Assembly: GCA_963845755.1 (NCBI GenBank) | Contig: CAWJTV010000011.1 | Location: forward strand, 32,001-96,000 | From: an uncultured Planctomycetota bacterium | Lineage (GTDB): Bacteria > Planctomycetota > Planctomycetia > Isosphaerales > Isosphaeraceae | Direction: 5' to 3' | Length of the DNA: 64,000 nucleotides | Shown here: positions 57,310 through 64,000 of the stretch, piece by piece | Numbering within the stretch: position 1 is the stretch's first letter | Layout of the letters: each line of letters begins with the position of its first letter | The notes under the pieces: generated by a model | Database searches by the model: none | The model's input: only the letters and a program-made list of their open reading frames with translations | Told to the model about the DNA's origin: nothing | Position numbers and translations under genes: made by a program

Positions 57310-57771
57310 ATGAACCGTCGCGAGATTCTCGGTGTCGCTGGGGCCAGCTTAGCGGGAGTCGCGCTCGGGGCGACCGAGTCCCGAGCCCAGCATCCCCACC
57401 ATCACGACAAGCTGCATGGCGATTGCCTCAAGGCCTGCGAGGCGTGCGCCACCGTCTGCAACGAGACGTTCCATCACTGCTTCGAGAAGGTCAAGGATGG
57501 TCACGGTGACCATCACGTCGTCACCATCCTGACCATCGACTGCCAGGAGTTCTGCGGCCTGGCGTCGGAGCTCATCGCCCGGGAAAGTCCGATGGTCTCG
57601 GTCATCTGCGCGGCCTGTGCCGACGCTTGCAAGATGTGCGCGGCGGAGTGTTCCAAGCACGATGACCCGCAGATGAAGGAGTGCACCGCCGCCTGCAAGG
57701 CCTGTGAGACCGCGTGTCGCGCCATGGCCAAGGCGGCCGGCGAAGCCAAACCCGAAGTCTTAGACCGCTAA
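57310..57771 (+). CDS. Tat-exported Cys-rich four-helix-bundle copper-storage-like protein (Csp1 type)
   Basis: MNRREIL twin-arginine signal; 16 Cys in CxxxC/CxxC spacing; HPHHH. Confidence 0.88.
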   Translation: MNRREILGVAGASLAGVALGATESRAQHPHHHDKLHGDCLKACEACATVCNETFHHCFEKVKDGHGDHHVVTILTIDCQEFCGLASELIARESPMVSVICAACADACKMCAAECSKHDDPQMKECTAACKACETACRAMAKAAGEAKPEVLDR

Positions 57772-57834
57772 ACCGGAGGGTGCGTGCGTACCGGATTCGT
57801 GTCATGATTCCTTGATTCGTGGTGGCCTTTTGCG

Positions 57835-59128
57835 ATGAACCCGCTTGCCTGGCTGACGAACCGGGGGGACGTCCTCACGCGGGACGTCCTTCCGGCCCTG
57901 GCGCCGTATATTCGCTGGCTGAGAACCCCGCTCGGCTCGCTCACCCTGGCGGCACTCGCCGCGGGCCTATGCGGGATGTTTCTGCACCCGCAAGGGTTCG
58001 TGGTGTTCTTCGGTGTCCTGGCGGTGATGACCCTGGGCCTGGCCTGGCCCTGGCTGGGCGTCCGCGGGCTGGAGGGCTTGCTGAGCTTCGACCGCCTCCG
58101 CTGCCGCGAGGGGGAATCGGTCCAGGCGAAACTGACCCTCCGCAACCGGATGTTCTGGAGTGCCTGTGGGATCGCGATCAAGGGAGGGTTCCACGCGCCA
58201 TCGGGTGAGCGTGGCGATGAGACCGCGCTGGTTGGCCTGGCGTCGGTGCCTCCCCGGCGCACAATCGTGAAAATGTTCGAGTTCGTCCCTCAAATCCGCG
58301 GCGAGTATCCCATCCGCCGGCCTCGGGTGGTCTGCGGCTTCCCGTTCGGCCTGAGGGAGGCATCGCGGCCGCTGGATGTCGCCGAGTCGCTGCTGGTCTG
58401 GCCCCGGACTTTCCCCGTCCCGATGATGCCCGAGACCGCCGGCGCCCGGGCGTCCGACGGCCTGGCCACCCGCGACCGCGCGGGCCAGTGGGGCGATCCG
58501 CTGGGCGTCCGGCCTTACCGCCGCGGCGATCCGCTCCGTCGCGTCCACTGGGTCCTGACCGCGCGGCACGGAGAGTTGATCGTCCGCGAGCTCCAATCGA
58601 ACGCCGTCCCTCGCGTCCAGATCGTGCTCGATGCCCACCCGGCCGCGCACCGCGGGTCGGGGCCGGACAGCTCGCGCGAGTGGGGCATCCGCATCGCCGC
58701 GAGCCTGGCCGAGGGTTGGATCCGCGAAGGAGCCGACGTCGAGATGGTCGTCGACCGGGGCCTGGTCCCGGCATGCGGCGGTTCGAAGCGGGCCCGCTCG
58801 GCGACCTTGCTCGACGCCCTGGCGCGATTGGCCCCGGCGTGTGACCGAACCCTCGAGGAATTGCTCCGCCTCCCCGAATGCCGTGGCGACGGCGGATTGC
58901 GGGTCATCGTCACGACGGACATCGCGGCTGCGCGACGACAGTGGACAAGAAGCCCGGCGACGGCCCAGAGATGCCTGGGTCGTGCTCCAGGCCGCGGCGT
59001 TCGGATCCGACGAGACCTCCGCTCCGACTGAACCCTTGCCGGTGGCTCCCTGGATCCGGATCGGTGGCCCGGAGCACGTGGCGGCATGTCTCCACCGGCC
59101 GGGAAAGGAGATTCTGCTTGGTGCCTGA
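57835..59128 (+). CDS. DUF58 protein, frameshift near 58935
   Basis: FPFGL, LLVWP, GVRPYRRGDPLRRVHW..TARHGELIVRE. Confidence 0.9.
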
Positions 59129-61473
59129 TCGTCGTGAAGAGGTGCGGGTCTGCTGGACGACCCAGGCCATGGCGGGACTCGCCGCCATTGCGCTGGACCA
59201 AGCCGTGCTGGAGCCGGGCCGGTCGCGTGCCGTCGCCTTGACGTGGACGGTCGCCGCGCTCGTCGCGCCGATGCTGGCCGCGGGCTGGTGGCTGGGAAGG
59301 GCTCGGAGGACCCGGTCGGGCTCCTTCCCGATCGTCGCCCTCCTGATCGTGTTCGCTCTCCCATTCGTCGGCGAGGCGGTTCGGTTCGCCGTCAGCGGCC
59401 GCGGGGCGATGGCGGAGGTCCTCTTGATGGCCGCCTTGCGAAACCTGGGGCTCGGCCTGGCCGCGATGGCCCACCGGCTGTTCTATGCGCGACTGTCGGC
59501 CGTCGTCAGCCTGTTCCTGGTGACTGTGGCCTCGTCGGTCGGCGGCGACGCCGGACTGGCCGTCCTGGGGCCGATCGGCGGATTCGCCATGGTGGGGACG
59601 CTCTGGTTGATGCTCGTCTACTGGAACGGCCTGGCCCTGGAGTCGGGCGCGGGACCAGCGTCGCGGCGGCTCCCGCTGTCGGGCGCGGCCTGGGTGCTGG
59701 GGATCCTTGGGATGCTCGCCGCGGTCGCGGCGGTCGGGCCTTCGCGCGCGGCCACCGCGCTGGCGGGCCTGCTGCCCACCTCGGGCGGCACGGACTGGAG
59801 CGACCCCGATGCCCGATCGGGGGTCGGCGACGGCGACCACGAGGTCAGCGCCAGCGAGCACCCCGAATCGGTCGGGTTCACCGAAAGCGAGGTCTACCTG
59901 GAAACCGACCGGCCCAGCCTCTACGACGCGTTCAACGAGACGTACGGCGAGCCGTTCAAGCCCAAGAAGCAAGAGAAGATGATCGCCCTGGGACAGCAGG
60001 ACATCGGCCCGCAGGAGGAGCGACCGGCCGAGAACCTCCAGGCCGGTCGCGAGTTCGCCGCAGTGCGGCGGAAACCCCAACCGCATCCCCGACGGCCCGG
60101 TGAGCGGGCGGCCAAGGCGTTGGTTTACGTCAAGGGCCCGACTCCGCTGCACCTGCCCTTGACGTCGTACAGCCACTTCGACGGCACGGCCTGGCACGAG
60201 GAGCCCTGCTGCAACCGGCATCTCCCCGTCGAGCCGGAACCCCACGGTTCGTGGTTGAGACTGCCGTGGTCGGAGGCGCCATTCCTGGCCGGGATCGTCG
60301 CTCACCAGGTCAAGATCGGAACGCTCGAATCGAGCCCGATGCCGGTACCGCCGCACCTGACCCGGTTTCGTGTCGGCAGTGTCAACCGGCTCGACTTCTT
60401 CGGCTGGGCCCAGTTCGGAATCATCCGGATGACCGACCGGACCGTGCCGGCGGGGACCGTGATCGACTCCGAAGCGCGGACGGTCGACCCCCAGGAGCTG
60501 AAGTCGATCCCGTTCCGGCCGCGGCTGGACAATGAGGACGACCACAACCTCTCGTTCCAGGGAGATTATCGGATCGACCCGTCGGTGGCCGCGCTGGCGA
60601 GGAGTTGGGTTGTGGACCGACCCGAAGGCTGGTCACAGATTGAGGTCGTCATCGCCGCGCTTCGGAGTGGCTACGGTCACGATCGTTCGGCCACGGCTCC
60701 GTCCGGCTGCACCGACGTCGTCGCCGAGTTCTTGCTGCGCTCCCATCGCGGCCCCGATTACCTGTTCGCCTCGGCGGCGGCCGTGATCCTGCGGTCGCTG
60801 GGTTACCCGACGCGGGTCGTCAGTGGTTTATATGCGGCGCCGGGACGATATGACCCCCGTACGCGCCACACACCGGTGACCCGCGACGACGTCCACTTCT
60901 GGGCCGAGATCCGGCTGTGGAACGGCATCTGGGTCGCCATCGAGCCCACCCCTGGCTACGAGCTGTTGCGCCCGGTTCGCCCCTGGTCCGAGCAGATTGT
61001 CCAGGCGGCTCTGGGCCGCCGGGAGATGGGCACAAGGTCACGCCGCCGGCCTTCTGGCCGCGGTAGTCGGCTTCGGGGCGCTTGTGATCCGGCGACACGA
61101 CGTGCTCGATCGGCTCGCAACCCTCGGGCTGGCCCTGCGCATGGGACACGACCCGAGGCGGTACGTGATGTATGCGTTGAAGTTGATCGAGCGACGGTCG
61201 CGGCGGGCCGGCCGCGCGCGACCGCCGGGACTCACCCTCGGCCGCTGGTATTTCCCCCTCGCGTGGGAAGCGACGGGAGAGGACCGAACCGCGCTGGAAG
61301 GGCTCGTCCGGCTGGCCGACTGGGCGACCCACGCTCCCGACCGCTCAGGCCTGCCCGCACCCGCAAGCGCGCACGACATCCAGCAAACCTGCCGGTCCGC
61401 AGTGCGGGTGTGGACACAGGCTCGCTTCCGCCATGCCATGACTTCCCGGCTCGGAAAGGCGGCCATCTCATGA
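59121..61473 (+). CDS. Membrane transglutaminase-like protein, frameshift near 61020
   Basis: Multiple TM helices; GPDYLFASAAAVILRSLGYPTRVVSG, HFWAEI, WVAIEPTPG. Confidence 0.85.
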
Positions 61474-62447
61474 GGACGATGACGACCATGACGGTCCTGA
61501 TGAACGAGACCCATGCTGACCCGATCGAGAGGATCCGCGCCGCGCTCAACGGTGCACTGCGCGGCAAGGCCGATGTGGTAGAGCATGTGCTCGCCTGCCT
61601 GCTGGCGCGGGGGCACTTGCTCGTCGAGGATCTGCCGGGCCTGGGCAAGACGACGCTGGCCAAGGCCCTCGCGCTGGCGCTGGGCGGCAAGTTTGCGCGG
61701 GTCCAATGTACCCCGGACCTCCTGCCCGGCGACATCACCGGGTTCCGCGTGTTCGACCAGCACACCCGCGAGTTCGAATTCCTGCCGGGTCCGGTCTTCG
61801 CCGACGTGCTCCTGGCCGACGAGATCAATCGCGCGACCCCGCGCACCCAGAGTGCCCTCCTCGAAGCCATGGCCGAGCGACAGGTCACCGTGGACAACGT
61901 CAGGCACGTGCTGTCGGACACGTTCTTCGTGATCGCTACCCAGAATCCGGTCGAGCAGCATGGGACATACCCGTTGCCCGAGGCCCAGCTCGACCGATTC
62001 GCCGTGAAGCTGCGGATCGGCTACCCGGGACGCGATCACGAGCTGGCCATGCTGGAAGCGGCGGTTGGCCGAGGGATAGACGGAGACCGGTCCGTGGCTC
62101 CCGTGATGGACCCGGGCCAACTCCGAGCGCTTCAGGAACGTGTGGCGGAGATCGCCGTCGGCGCGGCGGTTCGCGAGTACATCGTCGCTCTGGCCCATGC
62201 TACCCGGACGCATCGGCAGGTCACCCTCGGACTGAGCCCGCGCGGATTGTTGATCTGGCAGCGACTGGCGCAGGCCCGCGCGTTCCTCGACAGCCGGAGC
62301 TACGTGACACCGGACGACGTCCAGGACGTCGCCGAACCCGTGCTGGGGGTCCGCCTCGGCGTCGAGCCCGACGCGATCGCTCGGATCCACTCCGAGATCA
62401 CGGCGTCTGTTCCGGTCCCCGTTTATGTCAAGACTGGTCCCGAGTGA
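61470..62447 (+). CDS. MoxR family AAA+ ATPase
   Basis: HLLVEDLPGLGKT, TPDLLPGDITG, LADEINRATPRTQSALLEAM, YPLPEAQLDRF. Confidence 0.95.
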   Translation: MRTMTTMTVLMNETHADPIERIRAALNGALRGKADVVEHVLACLLARGHLLVEDLPGLGKTTLAKALALALGGKFARVQCTPDLLPGDITGFRVFDQHTREFEFLPGPVFADVLLADEINRATPRTQSALLEAMAERQVTVDNVRHVLSDTFFVIATQNPVEQHGTYPLPEAQLDRFAVKLRIGYPGRDHELAMLEAAVGRGIDGDRSVAPVMDPGQLRALQERVAEIAVGAAVREYIVALAHATRTHRQVTLGLSPRGLLIWQRLAQARAFLDSRSYVTPDDVQDVAEPVLGVRLGVEPDAIARIHSEITASVPVPVYVKTGPE

Positions 62448-62495
62448 GGCGGCTCTCGTGTGGCCCAACCCCTGAACTCAGAAAAAGGGCATTGC

Positions 62496-63002
62496 ATGAA
62501 GACATCATCCTGGTTATCCACGCCCGCGTATCGGGCGACTCTCGCGGCCGCCTGCCTGCTCGCACTTGCGGGTTGTCGAGGCGAGTCGTCCCCCGGCGAT
62601 GACGAAGACCACGTCGGCCACGTCATCCCCGCGCACAAGCCGAGGACGTTTCCGGAGGCCGTCCATCGCCTGCGTGAGCTGAACGATCAGATCGGCCGCG
62701 AGATCGGCGGAGGAGCATCTGCGGCGGCGTCCGGGGATAAGACCCTACACATCGCGCTGGACATCGCCAACTGGCTCCCCGAGATCGCCGCGGATTGTGA
62801 CATGCCCGAGACCCCCTGGAACGTGGTGAACACTCGGTCGGAGGTGCTGGCCGCGGACTACCAGGCCATCCTTTCCAACCCGGCGACGGCCGGCGCGGCC
62901 AACGAGTTGAAAAACACGGGAAAGGCGATCGCCGACCTCGAGGCCCTGCTGGCCGCCGCCGACCTCCGTTGGTTTGCCGGAACTCATCAGAAGCGAGGGT
63001 AA
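62496..63002 (+). CDS. Lipoprotein with His/acidic motif
   Basis: Lipobox LAGC; DDEDHVGHVIPAHKP; WLPEIAADCDMPE. Confidence 0.75.
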   Translation: MKTSSWLSTPAYRATLAAACLLALAGCRGESSPGDDEDHVGHVIPAHKPRTFPEAVHRLRELNDQIGREIGGGASAAASGDKTLHIALDIANWLPEIAADCDMPETPWNVVNTRSEVLAADYQAILSNPATAGAANELKNTGKAIADLEALLAAADLRWFAGTHQKRG

Positions 63003-63006
63003 CGTC

Positions 63007-64000
63007 ATGTTCGAGACCATCTTCTGGGGCGCGGTGCTCCGCGTTTCCCAGGCATTCATGCAGGCAGCTCCGACGATCCTGGTGGGGATCGTCGTGGCGG
63101 CGATCTTCCGGCGGCTGCTCGGGCACGGGGGGACCCGACGGCTCTTCGGCACCGGGACCCGGCGCGAGCTGCCGCAGGCGTGGCTCGTCGGGATGTTGAT
63201 GCCGATCTGCTCGCTGGGTGTAATCCCGGTCGCCCAGGAGATGCGGCGGGCGCGGGTCTCCGGGGGTGCGATCCTGGCATTCGCCATGACCGCTCCGCTG
63301 TTCAACCCGTTATCGATGCTCTACGGCCTCACGCTCTCGGCGCCGTGGGTCATCCTGTCGTTCGCATTCTGCACGATGCTGGTGGTGACGGCTGTGGGCG
63401 CGGCGTGGAACGGGCTCTTCCCGATGGCCGCATCGGAGGAACCGGCCCCGTCGCCGGTCGCCTATGGCGTGAAGCGAATGATCGCGATCGTCGTGGCCGC
63501 TGCGCGCGCGATCGTCGGCCCGTTTCTGGTTTACGCGGTGCTGGCTCTGCTGGGCGTGGCACTACTCGCCGCCTTGGTGCCGCACGGCAGCCTCATGACG
63601 ACCATGGAGCACAGCAACCCTTACGCCCCGCTGGCGATGACTGCGGTGGCGATCCCCGCGTATGCCACGCCATTGATGGCCATGTCGCAGCTCGGCTCGA
63701 TGTTCCAGCACGCCAACTCGGTCGGGGCGGCGTTTGTCCTATTGACCCTGGGCGCGGGAATCAATCTCGGGTTCATCGCCTGGGTCGGGCGGACCTACGG
63801 ACTGAAGCGCGGCCTGGCCTGGCTGGCTATCCTGGTGGCCGTGGTGCTCTCCCTGGCCTACGCGATCGAGAAGCCGCTCTATCCCAGCGAGATCCAGCCG
63901 GCCGGCCATACCCACGCCTTCGACATCTATTGTTGCCCGTTCGTTTCCGGTACGAGCCATTTGCCGGGGACCGTCCTGGCGAAACTCAAGGAAGACCTCC
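63007..64000 (+). CDS. DUF318/ArsP-type permease (partial, runs off the window)
   Basis: MFETIFWG...MLMPICSLGVIPV...AILAFAMTAPLFNP; later HTHAFDIYCCP; absent from the ORF track. Confidence 0.82.
   Translation, partial: MFETIFWGAVLRVSQAFMQAAPTILVGIVVAAIFRRLLGHGGTRRLFGTGTRRELPQAWLVGMLMPICSLGVIPVAQEMRRARVSGGAILAFAMTAPLFNPLSMLYGLTLSAPWVILSFAFCTMLVVTAVGAAWNGLFPMAASEEPAPSPVAYGVKRMIAIVVAAARAIVGPFLVYAVLALLGVALLAALVPHGSLMTTMEHSNPYAPLAMTAVAIPAYATPLMAMSQLGSMFQHANSVGAAFVLLTLGAGINLGFIAWVGRTYGLKRGLAWLAILVAVVLSLAYAIEKPLYPSEIQPAGHTHAFDIYCCPFVSGTSHLPGTVLAKLKEDL

Noticed and set aside
58878..62447. 1189-aa transglutaminase-MoxR fusion in the ORF track
   Set aside because: Produced by a frameshift near 61020. 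The true transglutaminase tail is ORF 60997-61473, which overlaps the MoxR start at ATGA.

Overview
High-GC bacterial chromosome segment, almost certainly a planctomycete of the Isosphaeraceae/Gemmataceae type. The evidence is DUF1549/DUF1553, two DUF1559 prepilin-like genes, four LE[DKS]Rx(L/I)x secreted proteins, five ECF sigma factors and ECF-kinase pairs. Many genes carry single-base frameshifts that look like long-read assembly errors, so several ORF-track entries are fragments or false fusions. Layout: (1) 1-11.7 kb: zwf end, VapBC-type TA, GNAT, sugar ABC ATPase, pentapeptide protein, PAS hybrid kinase, FG-GAP propeller. (2) 11.7-29.8 kb: an integrase-free accessory hotspot between two convergent genes, both with displaced duplicates of their 3' ends. 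It holds an ECF-DUF1559 fusion, Phd-RelE, ECF/kinase-DUF4384/TPR-CHAT, a small-protein/aspartic protease pair and ECF/kinase-WD40. (3) 29.8-54 kb: secreted/surface proteins (repeat protein, S53 peptidase, DUF1559 cassette, matrixin, PEP-CTERM). (4) 54.6-64 kb: the best candidate for a new system, a CxxC/RAPP (DUF2946-like, CruR/CutF-like) leader ORF ahead of DUF1559, a HEAT lipoprotein, a Tat-exported Cys-rich copper-storage-like protein, DUF58/transglutaminase/MoxR, a His-motif lipoprotein and a DUF318-type permease. No rRNA, tRNA, CRISPR array or transposase was recognised. All family assignments come from motif recognition by eye, not database searches.
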